Origin: an uncultured Pseudomonadota bacterium
GTDB lineage: Bacteria > Myxococcota_A > Polyangia > Fen-1088
Assembly (NCBI GenBank): GCA_963847705.1
Contig: CAWKBC010000010.1
Span: forward strand, 1-64,000
Length of the DNA: 64,000 nucleotides
Direction of reading: 5' to 3'
A program made the position numbers and the translations under genes. Below are positions 30,177-40,715 of this stretch, one piece after another (position 1 is the stretch's first letter; every line of letters begins with the position of its first letter). The notes beneath the pieces were generated by a model. It was not told the DNA's origin. It made no database searches and saw only the letters and a program-made list of their open reading frames with translations.

Positions 30177-31676
30177 GTGGGTCCGGAACGCAGCGGGGTC
30201 TGCTTCACGATTGGCGGCTGGCTCTCGACGCTGCTCATAGTTTCAGTTCTTCCGTCTTCGGCGCACGCGGCGCCGGTCGTTTCGCCGGTCGGGGGTGCCC
30301 CGGCGGCACCCCCAGCGCCGCCGCTGAGTCTGGCCGCGGCAGCCCCGCCCGCGGAGCCGCTGCCCGCCGAGGCGGACCCGGCCGAGGAGGTCACGCCGTC
30401 CCCCCCCTCCAACGCCTCCCCCCTGGTCGTGACCGGCTACGTCGACGTCGGGTTCGCGAAGGCGCAGGGAGATGGCACCAGCTTCCCGGCCTCGTTCGGC
30501 CCCGGACAGCCGCCGGGGCCCGCGGACTACTACGTCGATACCTTCGCGCCCGCGGTGAACTCGCGCGGGGAGGCGGCGTCGATCGCGGCGCCTCCCGGCA
30601 CCAGCATCGCCGGTTTCTTGCCGCGCTCGGCGGGGATCGGCGGAAAACCGTCCTTCCTCATCAACACGGCGGACGTCGATCTTCGTTACACCGCGCCCGA
30701 GCTTCCCATCATGATCTTCACGCGGCTCCAGGTCCTGCCGCGGCTCTACAACCCGATTCCCATGACCACGCCGACCACGCCCGACACCAGCGAGGGGATG
30801 CCCGCCGGGGAGTACACGCGTCTCTACCTCGAGCAGGCGTTCGGCCGCATCACACCGCTCAAGAGCGCCGAGCTGGCCATCAGCCTCGGCAAGTTCGATT
30901 CCGTGTTCGGCATCGAGTACCTCGACAACGAGGCGAACTTCCGCGTCGGCGTCACGCCCTCGCTCATCGCCCGCTACACCACCGGGCAATCGACCGGCCT
31001 CAAGCTCTTCTATCGCTACCAGATCATCCCCGCCTCGTCGGCGATCAGCGTCAATGTCGCGGCGACCAACAGCGGGACGTTCGTCGAGGCGCTGCAGGGG
31101 CCGTCGCGCAGCCTGACCGGCGTCCCCATGGTCGCGGGGCGCCTGGGCTACGAGCTGAACCTGCCGCGGGTGTCGATCAAGGTCGGCGGCAGCGCGGAGT
31201 ACGGCGCGCGCAACGATCAATACCTGACGACGCAGGCCCCGGAGACGCTGCTGGGGTTCGACGTGCGGATCATCTTGCCGACGCTGGTGCTCTCCGGCGA
31301 GTACGTGCACGTCGAAGAGGAGGACGCCGGTGACTCCCTGCCCGGGGTGACGGTCCCCAAGCTGGCGGGCACCGGCAGCTACCCGGAGATCACCGAGTTC
31401 TATGCGCACGGCTTCTGGATCCAGGCGGCCGAAGAGCTGCCGCTGCCGATTGACCCGTTCCGCCTGACGCTCTACGCGCGCTACGAGCAACGGCACGGAC
31501 AGTTCCCCGACTTTGCCGGCGCGACGATCCTGGTCGCTCGAATCACCGGCGGGCTCAACGTCGGCCTCGGGGAGAACCTCCAGCTCAAGGCCGAGTACCT
31601 GGTGAACCAGGAGCTCGAAGGCGCGCCCCAGGTCGCCAACAACGTCTTCACCTCGTCGGCGGTCTGGACGTGGTGA
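30177..31676 (+). CDS. Putative outer-membrane porin / beta-barrel
   Basis: AAGGAGG RBS before GTG 30177; signal peptide, Pro-rich linker, VTGYVD, LEQAF, GKFDSVFGIE, C-terminal AVWTW. Confidence 0.75.
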   Translation: MGPERSGVCFTIGGWLSTLLIVSVLPSSAHAAPVVSPVGGAPAAPPAPPLSLAAAAPPAEPLPAEADPAEEVTPSPPSNASPLVVTGYVDVGFAKAQGDGTSFPASFGPGQPPGPADYYVDTFAPAVNSRGEAASIAAPPGTSIAGFLPRSAGIGGKPSFLINTADVDLRYTAPELPIMIFTRLQVLPRLYNPIPMTTPTTPDTSEGMPAGEYTRLYLEQAFGRITPLKSAELAISLGKFDSVFGIEYLDNEANFRVGVTPSLIARYTTGQSTGLKLFYRYQIIPASSAISVNVAATNSGTFVEALQGPSRSLTGVPMVAGRLGYELNLPRVSIKVGGSAEYGARNDQYLTTQAPETLLGFDVRIILPTLVLSGEYVHVEEEDAGDSLPGVTVPKLAGTGSYPEITEFYAHGFWIQAAEELPLPIDPFRLTLYARYEQRHGQFPDFAGATILVARITGGLNVGLGENLQLKAEYLVNQELEGAPQVANNVFTSSAVWTW

Positions 31677-31713
31677 GGGCGACCGGCAACGGAAAACGAG
31701 GACACCACACCCG

Positions 31714-32808
31714 ATGCGGATGAGGACTGAAAGCCAGCTCTTGCAGCTCTCGATCGCCGGGTCGCTCGCGCTTTGTCTGCTTGGCGCCGGGCGCGGCGCC
31801 TCCGCCGCGGGCAGCGAGGCGAAGTGGCTGGGCGACGAGCTGCCGCTGCCGCTGCCGGTGAAGACGCCGCAGGACATCGGCTTCAAGTCGGCCGCCGAGC
31901 GCCAGTACCTCATCTTCAACTTGATGGCGGGCGGCAAGCTCGCCTACCAGCGCGGCGACCACGCCGGGGCGGTCGACAAGTGGGAGACTTTGCTGCGCAT
32001 GCCGGGCCTCGATCCCCAGATCGCACGGGCGGTGGAACCTTTCCTGGATGATGCCCGCGTCCGGCTGGGACAGCCGGCGACGCCGGGGACCCACGTCGAA
32101 CCACCGCGCACCGAGCCCGAGGCCGCCGAACCGCCTCCTGTCGAGGACAAGCCGTCCGCCGAGGCGCACGGGCACGCCGGACCGACGCTCACCCACCACC
32201 CCGCCGGCACGGTGACGGTGAGCGGCACGGTGAGCGGCGGCGGACAGATCGGCCCCGGCGGCGCCGTGCTCTGGCTGCGGCGGCTGGACGGCCCCACGCC
32301 GCACGTGACCCCCGCGCAGAACCAGATCATCACCCAGCGCGACAAGACCTTCCTGCCGCACGTGCTGGCGGTCCCGCTCGGCACCTCGGTGCAGTTCCGC
32401 AACGACGACCGCATCTATCACGACATTTTTTCCATCGCCAAGCCGAACGAGTTCGACGCCGGCATCCGGGCCACCGGCGCGACGTACACCAAGACCTTCA
32501 CCCACCCGGGCGTCGTCGAGCTGCTCTGCAACATCCACTCGGCGATGAGCGCCTACGTGCTGGTGGTCGACTCGCCGCTCTACGCCAAGGCGCAGGCGTC
32601 GGGCAACTTCGTCGTTCATGGGGTGGCCCCCGGTCGCTACGAGCTGTCGGCCTGGCACGAGGCGGCCTCCACCATCACCCGCAAGCCCATCACCGTGGGA
32701 CCGGCAGGCGCCCACGACCTGGCGGTGTCGGTCGGCGGAGACAAGCGACCGAGCCCGTTCGTCCCCGACAAGTACGGGCATAAGCGCCAGCCTCAGCTAG
32801 GATACTGA
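31714..32808 (+). CDS. Exported cupredoxin-domain protein (MauL/methylamine-utilization-like) with N-terminal helical domain
   Basis: QRDKTFLPHVLAV..GTSVQFRNDD..HDIFS and CNIHSAM supply His/Cys/His/Met type-1 Cu ligands; carboxypeptidase-regulatory-like GRYELSAWH. Confidence 0.82.
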   Translation: MRMRTESQLLQLSIAGSLALCLLGAGRGASAAGSEAKWLGDELPLPLPVKTPQDIGFKSAAERQYLIFNLMAGGKLAYQRGDHAGAVDKWETLLRMPGLDPQIARAVEPFLDDARVRLGQPATPGTHVEPPRTEPEAAEPPPVEDKPSAEAHGHAGPTLTHHPAGTVTVSGTVSGGGQIGPGGAVLWLRRLDGPTPHVTPAQNQIITQRDKTFLPHVLAVPLGTSVQFRNDDRIYHDIFSIAKPNEFDAGIRATGATYTKTFTHPGVVELLCNIHSAMSAYVLVVDSPLYAKAQASGNFVVHGVAPGRYELSAWHEAASTITRKPITVGPAGAHDLAVSVGGDKRPSPFVPDKYGHKRQPQLGY

Positions 32809-32835
32809 CCGCCTTAGACCAGGGGGGCTGTGGAC

Positions 32836-32917
32836 GGATGGGACCCCGCATGGGATCCAGGATAGGACTCGCGACGGGACTCGCGACGGGGCTCGCGATG
32901 CGACCGCGACGGGACCC
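32836..32917 (+). repeat. Seven degenerate ~12-bp tandem units in the intergenic region
   Basis: ggatgggacccc / gcatgggatcca / ggataggactcg / cgacgggactcg / cgacggggctcg / cgatgcgaccg / cgacgggaccc. Confidence 0.7.
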
Positions 32918-32929
32918 GAAAGGGGAGCG

Positions 32930-34843
32930 GTGAAGAGACGCGCCAGAGCGCTCCTCGCGGCGCTGGCGATCCTCGCCCTGTCGCTGGCCGCGGCCATCGT
33001 CCTGGGGCGCCTCGAGCGCGCGCGCGTCGGCGGGCGGCTGGTCGACGAGGCGCGGGCCGCCGGGCTGCGCGCCTCCGACGGCGTGCGCACGCTGACGGCC
33101 ACCCTCGAGGCGCAGGTCGAAAACGGCACGGCCAACCCGCGCCTGGTCGCCGCGCTCGACGCCAAGGTCGACGAGGCGACGCTGCGCGATCTGCTCTACA
33201 CCGAGCCCTGGTGGGAGCCGTTCCGCCGCTCGGTCGACGGCTTCGGCGTCTACAGCGACGAGACCGCGGCGGTGGTGACCTCGCGGCTCCCTGCCCGATT
33301 CGAGGCGCGCGATCTGGTCCACGACGCGCGGCTCTCGCACCGGACAGCCTCGGGGCTGGTGGTGACCGGCGCGCAGGTGACGGCCGTTGCCGCCGCACCC
33401 GTCGCGCTCACCGATCGCTCGGATTGGCCGGTCCTGCTGGCCACGCGGGCGCTCGACGTCGGGATCCTCTCCGGGATCGCCGAGCGCGCGGGCGCCTCGG
33501 TCGCCCTCTCCGACGGCCGCCGGCTGCTGGTCGTGGCCACCGCCGCGGGTGCGACCGCCGCGCCCGACGCATCGAACGCGCCGGGCCTCGGACCGCTCGC
33601 GCAAGCGCTGGAGCTGCCGGCGCCGGGGGTCGGGACCTACGGCGGCGTGGCCGTGGCCGCGCTGCCGCTGGCCGGCGGGCTGCGCATCCTGGCCGGCGTG
33701 ACGGCGCCAGCGACCGCGCCGGGGGCGCTGCCGCTCCCCGCGGTGGTGCTGACGATCCTGGCGATTGGTCTCGCGCTGGCGATGGGGAGCTTCTTCCTGC
33801 TGGCGCGCCAGACGAAGGTGGACGGCGCTCCGTCCGTCGAGGTGACGACGGCCGGGGCGCTCTCCGTCATCGGTCGCTATACGCTGGTCGATCGCATCGG
33901 CCTGGGGGGGATGGCGGAGATCTACTCGGCCCTCACCACCGGCGAGGGGAGCTTTCGCCGCCCGGTGGTGATCAAGCGGCTGCGCCCCGAGCTGACGGCC
34001 GATCCCAACGCCGTGGCGCAGTTTTGCGACGAGGCCAACCTCCTGGCCGCCTTCCATCACCCGAACATCGTCGCGGTGCACGACTTCGGGCGCTGGGAGA
34101 ACCAGCTCTTCCTGGCCGAGGAGTACGTGCAGGGGCGCGACCTTGGCCGCCTGGTCCCCGCCAGCTTCTCGCGCGACGGCCGCCCGCCCCGGCCCGAGGT
34201 GATCGCCTACGTCGCGCACGAGATCCTGAAGGGGCTCGACTACGCGCACAGCATGGAGAACGAACGCGGTTGGATGGGGATCGTCCACCGCGACGTCTCG
34301 CCGGAGAACATCGTGGTCTCGCCGCGCGGCGAGGTGAAGCTGCTCGACTTCGGCGTGGTCAAGTCGACCGAGGGGCGGGCGGCCAAGACGGAGATCGGGG
34401 TGGTCAAGGGGAACGTGACGTACATGTCCCCCGAGCAGGCGCGGGGCCTGGAGGTCGACGCCCGCGCCGACCTCTTCTCGCTCGCGCTGGTGATGTACTT
34501 CTGCTGCACCGGCTATCCGCTCTACGCCGCCCACACGACCTACGGATTGTTGATGCAGGCGGGGGCCGGCCCGGGCGCCGACGAACGGACCGCCATCCAG
34601 ACGCTCCCCGACCCGATCGCCGCGGTGGTGCAGCGGGCCACCGACGCGGCGCTGGAGAGACGCTACGCCAACGCGCGCGAGATGGGGGCGGATCTGGAAG
34701 CGGCGGCCCGACAAGGTGGAGGCCCAGCCGCCGCGCTGGTGGCCGAGCTGTTCGGACCCGAGCTCAAGGAGGAGGCGCACCGGATGGCGAGCTTCCCGAT
34801 GGACGGAGCGCCCGTGCTGGCGGTCGACGTCTCGTCGCGCTGA
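32930..34843 (+). CDS. Membrane Ser/Thr protein kinase with periplasmic sensor domain
   Basis: TM-periplasmic-TM, then GLGGMAEIY, VIKRL, HRDVSPEN, DFG, YMSPEQ, DLFS. Confidence 0.92.
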   Translation: MKRRARALLAALAILALSLAAAIVLGRLERARVGGRLVDEARAAGLRASDGVRTLTATLEAQVENGTANPRLVAALDAKVDEATLRDLLYTEPWWEPFRRSVDGFGVYSDETAAVVTSRLPARFEARDLVHDARLSHRTASGLVVTGAQVTAVAAAPVALTDRSDWPVLLATRALDVGILSGIAERAGASVALSDGRRLLVVATAAGATAAPDASNAPGLGPLAQALELPAPGVGTYGGVAVAALPLAGGLRILAGVTAPATAPGALPLPAVVLTILAIGLALAMGSFFLLARQTKVDGAPSVEVTTAGALSVIGRYTLVDRIGLGGMAEIYSALTTGEGSFRRPVVIKRLRPELTADPNAVAQFCDEANLLAAFHHPNIVAVHDFGRWENQLFLAEEYVQGRDLGRLVPASFSRDGRPPRPEVIAYVAHEILKGLDYAHSMENERGWMGIVHRDVSPENIVVSPRGEVKLLDFGVVKSTEGRAAKTEIGVVKGNVTYMSPEQARGLEVDARADLFSLALVMYFCCTGYPLYAAHTTYGLLMQAGAGPGADERTAIQTLPDPIAAVVQRATDAALERRYANAREMGADLEAAARQGGGPAAALVAELFGPELKEEAHRMASFPMDGAPVLAVDVSSR

Positions 34844-34909
34844 GCGCCGCGCCCTGGCCGGCGGTCGGCGCGCCGAGCGCCCCGCCAGCCGAGCGGCCGG
34901 AACGCCGGC

Positions 34910-35713
34910 TCAGCGCAGAATCGCCTCGAGCGAGATCGTCAGCAGGAAGCCGGCCACCAGCCCCGCCGAGGCGACCCCTTCGTTCCCGTGGCTGTGCGAT
35001 TCGGGGATGATCTCGTTCGACGTCACGTAGGTGAGCGTCCCGCCGGCCAGCGCCAGCACGAACGGCATCGTCGCCACCGCCACGCCCGCCATCAGCTCGC
35101 CCAGGACGGCGGCGGCCGGGATGACCAGGCCGGTGAGCGCGACGATCGTGAACCCACGCCAGCGCTCCACCCCCTCGTGGCGCAGAGGGGCCGACATCAC
35201 GATCCCTTCACACACGTTCTGCACGCCGATGGCGACCGCCAGCAGGATCCCGAGGTGCATGGTGCGCGGGACCGCGAACCCCGCTCCGATCGCCAGCCCT
35301 TCGGGGATCCGGTGCAGGCTGAGCGCCCCGACGACCGCATAGGCGCGCCGCGGGGAGAGCGCCGGCTGGGGATCGTGCATGTCGTGTCCGGGCTCATGCC
35401 CCAGGTGCTCGTGGTGACCGCCGGCGTGCTGGTGCGGGATCAGGCGATCCATCGCGGCGGCGATCCCGGCGCCGACCGCGAAGCCGGAGACCACCAGCGC
35501 GAACCGCCCCAGGTGGAAGACGCCCCCGTCGTTGACGCCGCCGAGAGCCTCGGCGACGAGACCCAGCGTCGCCGCCGCCAGCATCAGCCCCGCGCCGAGG
35601 CCCAGGATTCCGTCGTAGGTTTTGCGAGGAAGCTCGCGCACGAACAGGAACGGCAGCGCCCCCAGGCTGGTGGCCAGCCCGGAGATGGCGGCGGGAAGAG
35701 TTCCGGCACCCAA
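34910..35713 (-). CDS. ZIP-family divalent metal transporter
   Basis: AAGLMLAA-like GAGLMLAA, His-rich loop HQHAGGHHEHLGH, LHRIPEGLAIG, QNVCEG, EIIPESH; start uncertain (TTG 35713). Confidence 0.9.
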   Translation of the reverse strand: MGAGTLPAAISGLATSLGALPFLFVRELPRKTYDGILGLGAGLMLAAATLGLVAEALGGVNDGGVFHLGRFALVVSGFAVGAGIAAAMDRLIPHQHAGGHHEHLGHEPGHDMHDPQPALSPRRAYAVVGALSLHRIPEGLAIGAGFAVPRTMHLGILLAVAIGVQNVCEGIVMSAPLRHEGVERWRGFTIVALTGLVIPAAAVLGELMAGVAVATMPFVLALAGGTLTYVTSNEIIPESHSHGNEGVASAGLVAGFLLTISLEAILR

Positions 35714-35738
35714 GGTCAGCTCACTATATACAGAGACG

Positions 35739-36452
35739 ATGTCGGGGCCAGGCGCGCAGACGGTAGAAAAACTGACCACGGTTTACCTCGCCTTCGGCTC
35801 GAACCTGGGCGACCGCGCGCGAACGATCGCCCGGGCGATCGAGCTGCTCGCGGCGGGCGGGGTCGTCCCCCTGGCGCGCTCGCCGCTCTATGAGACCGAT
35901 CCGGTCGCACCCGATCCACAGCCCGACTACCTGAACGCCGTGCTGCGCGCGAAGACGGCGCTGGGTCCGCACGCGTTGCTGTCGCTCGCCCTGGAGGTCG
36001 AGCGGGCGCTCGGCCGACGCCGGCCGGCCGGCCGCCCGCTGGCGCCGCGGGAGATCGACGTCGACCTCCTGCTCTATGGTGCCGAGGTGATCGCCGACCC
36101 GCCGGCGCTGATCGTCCCCCACCCGCGCCTCCTCGAGCGCCCGTTCGTGCGCATCCCCCTTCGCGACGTGGCGGCGCCGGGGCTGCGCCACCCCGTCACC
36201 GGCGAGCCCCTCGATCGCGCGGCGCCCGATCCGTCGGTCAGACCGGCGGGGGCGCGGGACCCATTCAGGGTCCCGAATGAAGCCGGATCAAACCCCGGCC
36301 AGGCGGCGCCTGAAATCCTCGATGGTCGCCGAGATGCCCTCTTCCAGGGAGATCTTGGGGCCCCAATTGTCGAGCAGCTTCTGGGCGCGGGAGATGTCGG
36401 GCTTCCGGCGGGTCGGATCGTCCTTGGGCAGCGGGGCCCTGATGATCTCTGA
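35739..36452 (+). CDS. folK: 2-amino-4-hydroxy-6-hydroxymethyldihydropteridine diphosphokinase
   Basis: [39 protein letters not shown]; C-terminal extension overlaps uxs. Confidence 0.9.
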   Translation: MSGPGAQTVEKLTTVYLAFGSNLGDRARTIARAIELLAAGGVVPLARSPLYETDPVAPDPQPDYLNAVLRAKTALGPHALLSLALEVERALGRRRPAGRPLAPREIDVDLLLYGAEVIADPPALIVPHPRLLERPFVRIPLRDVAAPGLRHPVTGEPLDRAAPDPSVRPAGARDPFRVPNEAGSNPGQAAPEILDGRRDALFQGDLGAPIVEQLLGAGDVGLPAGRIVLGQRGPDDL

Positions 36453-37235
36453 CGACGATTTGGCCAGACGCTTGGTCATCTCCGCCAGCTCGAGGACCGT
36501 GGTCTCGCGCGGGTTGCCGAGGTTGACCGGATCGACGCCGTGCTCGCTGGCCATCAGCCGCACGAAACCCTCCAGCAGATCGGAGACGTAGCAGAACGAG
36601 CGGGTCTGTTGCCCCTCACCGTAGACGGTGATCGGCTCTCCGCGCAGCGCCTGCACGACGAAGTTCGACACCACCCGCCCGTCGTTCTCGTGCATGCGCG
36701 GCCCGTAGGTGTTGAAGATGCGGGCGATGCGCACCTCGACCGAATACTGCCGCGCGTACGACACGGCCAGCGACTCGGCGCAGCGCTTCCCCTCGTCGTA
36801 GCAGGCACGCGGCCCGATCGGGTTGACGTTCCCCCAGTAGCTCTCGCGCTGCGGGTGCTCGATCGGATCGCCGTAGACCTCGGAGGTCGAGGCGATGAGG
36901 ATCCGCGCCCGGACCTCGCGGGCCAGGTCCAGCATGTTGAGCGTCCCCTCGACGGCGGTGCGGATGGTGCGCACGGGGTTGCGCTGGTAGTGAATCGGCG
37001 AGGCGGGGCAGGCCAGATGGTAGACCTGATCGACCTCCATCGTGATCGGCTCCGTCACGTCGTGGCGCACCAGCTCGAAGCGGTGATGGTCCAGCAGGTG
37101 CTCGATGTTGGCACGCGAGCCGGTGAAGAAGTTGTCGAGGCAGACCACCTCGTGCCCCTCTTTGAGGAGACGATCGCAGAGGTGGGAACCGACAAATCCC
37201 GAGCCTCCACTGACCAGAATTCGTTGTCGCGACAT
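36288..37235 (-). CDS. uxs: UDP-glucuronate decarboxylase (UDP-xylose synthase) family SDR
   Basis: [47 protein letters not shown]. Confidence 0.93.
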   Translation of the reverse strand: MSRQRILVSGGSGFVGSHLCDRLLKEGHEVVCLDNFFTGSRANIEHLLDHHRFELVRHDVTEPITMEVDQVYHLACPASPIHYQRNPVRTIRTAVEGTLNMLDLAREVRARILIASTSEVYGDPIEHPQRESYWGNVNPIGPRACYDEGKRCAESLAVSYARQYSVEVRIARIFNTYGPRMHENDGRVVSNFVVQALRGEPITVYGEGQQTRSFCYVSDLLEGFVRLMASEHGVDPVNLGNPRETTVLELAEMTKRLAKSSSEIIRAPLPKDDPTRRKPDISRAQKLLDNWGPKISLEEGISATIEDFRRRLAGV

Positions 37236-37301
37236 CGCGCGTTCATACCTCCGATCGGTCCCGAAGTGGCGCCCCTTTTTGCCCGTGATACCATCCTTCA
37301 C

Positions 37302-37631
37302 ATGTCCGAAGTGGCCCAGGAACGTCGCGGTGGCCCGAGGATTCCGCTGGAGATGTGGGTCGAGGAGACCACCGGCTCCGAGCGCTACTTCCGGCGCGCG
37401 GGCAATCTGTCGCGGGGCGGCCTCCGCCTCGAGCACACCATTCCATTGCCCGCGGGGACCAAGGTGAACCTCACCTTCACGCTGCCGGGGGACAAGGCTC
37501 CCATCGAGGTGACCGGCGAGATCGTGTCGGCCACCGCTCCCGAGGACCTGCGGATGGGGGTGAAGTTCACCAACCTCGGCGCGGAGGCCCGCGTGCGGAT
37601 CGACGCCTTCTTGGCCCGCGCCGGCGCCTGA
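37302..37631 (+). CDS. Stand-alone PilZ-domain protein
   Basis: ERRGGPR (RxxxR) and NLSRGG ([D/N]xSxxG), MGVKF. Confidence 0.88.
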   Translation: MSEVAQERRGGPRIPLEMWVEETTGSERYFRRAGNLSRGGLRLEHTIPLPAGTKVNLTFTLPGDKAPIEVTGEIVSATAPEDLRMGVKFTNLGAEARVRIDAFLARAGA

Positions 37632-37720
37632 CCGTCGCCTCAGCTCAGATCGCCAGGGCCAAAGCCCATCCGCGAAGCCCCATTTACGAAGGCGCCGCGC
37701 TCGGTCTAAGTTAGCGGCGC

Positions 37721-38962
37721 ATGGTCCGCCGCACCTCGGGCACCGCCCTTTTGGCCCTGTTTTTGGCCCTCCCGCTGGTCGCCTCCCCGGCGTCGGCGCG
37801 CGAAAAAGATCCCAGGCCGCTCGAGCCTCTTTGGTCGATCAAGCCGCACGAGGGCACGCCGGGAGAGGGCGACGGCTACTTCGACGAGGTCTTCGGGCTC
37901 GACGACGCCGGCAAGCAGCTGGCGGTCATCCGCGGCGACGGCGCGACCTTCTCGAAGATCGAGACCTACGATCTCGAGGCCAAACCTCCGAGGTTGACCG
38001 CTTCGTTCGATCCCCCGAGCAAGAACCTGATCATCACGCGCATCGAGCTGCTGCCGGCCGGCAAGGGGATGGTCCTCATCGGGCGCGACAGGCCCGACGA
38101 CAGCGCCCCGCTCACCGCCTTCCTGGTCGACATGACCGGAAAGGTCTCCGCCAAGGTCGGCCCCGTGACGGCCTTCGAGCGGCCGCCTCAGGATGGCACG
38201 CCGCGCGCCACCCTGCTGGTCGCCTTCGACCGCAAGCTCGGCGGACGTGGGGCGGAAGCGACCTACACCGTCACCCCCTACACGCTGGCGACCCTGGCAC
38301 CGACCGGCCAGCTCGGAAAGCCACGCGCCTACAAGACCGACGTGGCAGGCGGGCTCAAGGCGCCGCCGGTCCGCCTCATCGGCTTCTACGAGGGATATAC
38401 GCGGATCCTGGGCGAGAAGCCGGGCGCCTACGACAAGGCGACCGATGTGCGTCAACCGCCCAAGAAGGTCGTCGTCGACGCGCTGACCGGCAAGACCGCC
38501 AGTGAAACCGAGATCGCCGATCCGGTCGGCTGGGCCGTCACCGGCCAGCTGCGCCGCGACCATCCCGGACAATCTCTCTTCGTCGACCTCAATCAAGACG
38601 GCTCGGGTGTCGATGTGATCGATGCGATGGGGAAAAAGGTTCCCGCCTCGCTGGAGGTCCCGTTCCATCTCTACGATCCCAAGACGCTTCTCTTCGAGGA
38701 AGGGCCGGCGCCCAACCAGCTGACGTTCGGGATCGGCGTCGATCCGCTGAACCCCGAGGCGATCAAGCGCAAGAAGGCGGAGCTGCCGATGCTCGACCTC
38801 TACGTCGCCGACACTGCCGACGGGGCGATCAAGGCGCGCGGGCGGGTCTTCACGCCACGTCCCGTGACCTATCGCGCCAGGGCCCAGACGCTGGTGGTGT
38901 TGAAGCGCTTCAAGAGCTTCGCCCGAGGGGGCGATGAGTTTCAGATCTTCGAGCTCCGTTAG
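37721..38962 (+). CDS. Exported hypothetical protein (beta-rich)
   Basis: Signal peptide ending ASA; normal composition; overlaps next gene. Confidence 0.7.
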   Translation: MVRRTSGTALLALFLALPLVASPASAREKDPRPLEPLWSIKPHEGTPGEGDGYFDEVFGLDDAGKQLAVIRGDGATFSKIETYDLEAKPPRLTASFDPPSKNLIITRIELLPAGKGMVLIGRDRPDDSAPLTAFLVDMTGKVSAKVGPVTAFERPPQDGTPRATLLVAFDRKLGGRGAEATYTVTPYTLATLAPTGQLGKPRAYKTDVAGGLKAPPVRLIGFYEGYTRILGEKPGAYDKATDVRQPPKKVVVDALTGKTASETEIADPVGWAVTGQLRRDHPGQSLFVDLNQDGSGVDVIDAMGKKVPASLEVPFHLYDPKTLLFEEGPAPNQLTFGIGVDPLNPEAIKRKKAELPMLDLYVADTADGAIKARGRVFTPRPVTYRARAQTLVVLKRFKSFARGGDEFQIFELR

Positions 38963-39908
38963 CGCGGTCGCGCTGGCGCTCTGTCTTCTGTCCGCCTGCA
39001 GCCAGGTGCGCGGACGCAAGCGAATCCGCGAGGCGAACGAGCTCTACCACCGCGGCAAGTACGCCGAGGCGGTGACGCTCTACCAGGAGGCGGAGGCGAT
39101 GGTCCCGGAACTGCCCGCGCTCTGGCTGAATGAGGGCTACACCTGCCGGCAGCTGATCGCGCCCGGCGGTCACGATCCCGAGAGCCGCCGGGCCGCCGGC
39201 TGCGCGCTCGAGGCCTTCCGCCGGCTCGGCGAGGTGGCGCCCAGGGATCCGCGCGCCGGCGAGCTGACCTTGCAGACCTGGTTCGACATGCAGGATTATC
39301 CGTCGCTGGAGGCCGCGTACCTCGAGCGCCGCCGCCAGGCGCCCGACGACCTCGACGCGGTCCACGGCCTCCAGGACGTCTACTTCAAGTGGGGGAAGTG
39401 GCCGGAGGCGCTGGAGTGGTCGAAGCGGGCGGCGGCGCTGCGCGCCGACGACGCCGAGGCGCAATACGGCGTCGGCACCTTCGTCTGGCAGATCCTCTCC
39501 ACCCACGGCGGCGGCGCGCAGATGGCGGGCTACAGCCCCTGGCCCGACGTGGCCGGGGCCACGGGCTCGATGACCGTCGCGCCCCCGGCGGCCGCCAGCG
39601 GCGACATCACCGACAGCGCGCGCGTGGCGCTGGCCGATCAGGGGATCGCCTATCTGGAAAAGGCCCTCGCCCGGCGCCCCCGCTATCCGGAGGCGATGAC
39701 CTACCTGGCGCTGCTCTGGCGGCAAAAGTCGTTCGCCTTCTTCACCGATCCGATCGCCTGGCAGGGGGCCGTCGACGAGGCGGACACCTGGCAGCAGCGC
39801 GCAGCGATCTGTCGCGGGGACCCTCAAAGGGTCCCCGATCCCCCCCGCGAAGGACTTCGCCAAGCAGAGCTTGGCTCCGACGCGAACGCCCGTGCCGGAA
39901 GCTTGTGA
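38934..39908 (+). CDS. TPR-repeat lipoprotein
   Basis: Lipobox LSAC; ANELY..GKYAEA..LY; YLEKAL..P.YPEAMTYLALL. Confidence 0.8.
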   Translation: MSFRSSSSVSAVALALCLLSACSQVRGRKRIREANELYHRGKYAEAVTLYQEAEAMVPELPALWLNEGYTCRQLIAPGGHDPESRRAAGCALEAFRRLGEVAPRDPRAGELTLQTWFDMQDYPSLEAAYLERRRQAPDDLDAVHGLQDVYFKWGKWPEALEWSKRAAALRADDAEAQYGVGTFVWQILSTHGGGAQMAGYSPWPDVAGATGSMTVAPPAAASGDITDSARVALADQGIAYLEKALARRPRYPEAMTYLALLWRQKSFAFFTDPIAWQGAVDEADTWQQRAAICRGDPQRVPDPPREGLRQAELGSDANARAGSL

Positions 39909-39911
39909 TCG

Positions 39912-40688
39912 GTGGCGTTCGAGGCCTTTCGCGCGGAGTCTCGGCCACGCCCGGCGCGCGGGCGGCTCACGGTTGCGCTGTCGATCGCCTTTCACGGCGC
40001 CCTGCTGGCGGCGGGGATCGCCTATTCGTTCTGGCACGTCGACGAGCTGACGCCGCCGTCGGTGAAGGTGACCTTCCTGTCAGCCGCGCCGCCACCGCCG
40101 CCCCCTCCCCCGCCCGCCGGTGGCGGCGGAGCGGCCCGCAAGAAGGCGGTGGTCAAGCCGAAGACCGCGATCAAGCCGACCGACCTGGTCCAGCCGCGCG
40201 AGACGCCCGAGGAGAAGCCGAAGGAGAGCAAGCCCGACCCGAGCGACGGCCCCGGCGAGCGGGGCGGCGTCAAAGGGGGCGTCATCGGCGGGACCATCGG
40301 GGGCACGATCGGCGGGACCATCGGCGGCAAGATCGGTGGAGAGATCGGAGGCACCAAGGGGGGCGTCATCGGCGGGACGGTCGGCGGAACCGGGCCGGCG
40401 CGGAAGTTCCTGCCGCCGAACATGGGTGCCTTGCAGAAAGAATCGGGTGAGATGCCGGCGCTCCCTCCATCCCTGAACCGCGCCGGCGCCAGCTACGTGG
40501 TGAGCGCCAAGATCTGCGTGGCGCGCACGGGCACCGTCGAGAGCGTCACCGTCGTTCAGCGCGCCGATTCGTTGCTCGACGACGACGTCGTACGCGCCGT
40601 GAAGGGGTGGCGCTACCGCCCGCTCATGGCGGACAACCTCGCCGTCCCGTTCTGTTACTTCGGACGGTTCGAGTTCACGAGCCACTGA
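39912..40688 (+). CDS. tonB: Energy transducer TonB
   Basis: TM with SxxxH (SIAFH), poly-Pro, GGxI repeats, TonB_C-like GTVESV...AVKGWRYRP. Confidence 0.82.
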   Translation: MAFEAFRAESRPRPARGRLTVALSIAFHGALLAAGIAYSFWHVDELTPPSVKVTFLSAAPPPPPPPPPAGGGGAARKKAVVKPKTAIKPTDLVQPRETPEEKPKESKPDPSDGPGERGGVKGGVIGGTIGGTIGGTIGGKIGGEIGGTKGGVIGGTVGGTGPARKFLPPNMGALQKESGEMPALPPSLNRAGASYVVSAKICVARTGTVESVTVVQRADSLLDDDVVRAVKGWRYRPLMADNLAVPFCYFGRFEFTSH

Positions 40689-40715
40689 CAGGAAGCCGTA
40701 AAAAGGGGAGACACG

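Noticed and set aside
40276-40392. GGxI repeats in TonB
   Set aside because: Common low-complexity linker in TonB-like proteins of this group; not distinctive
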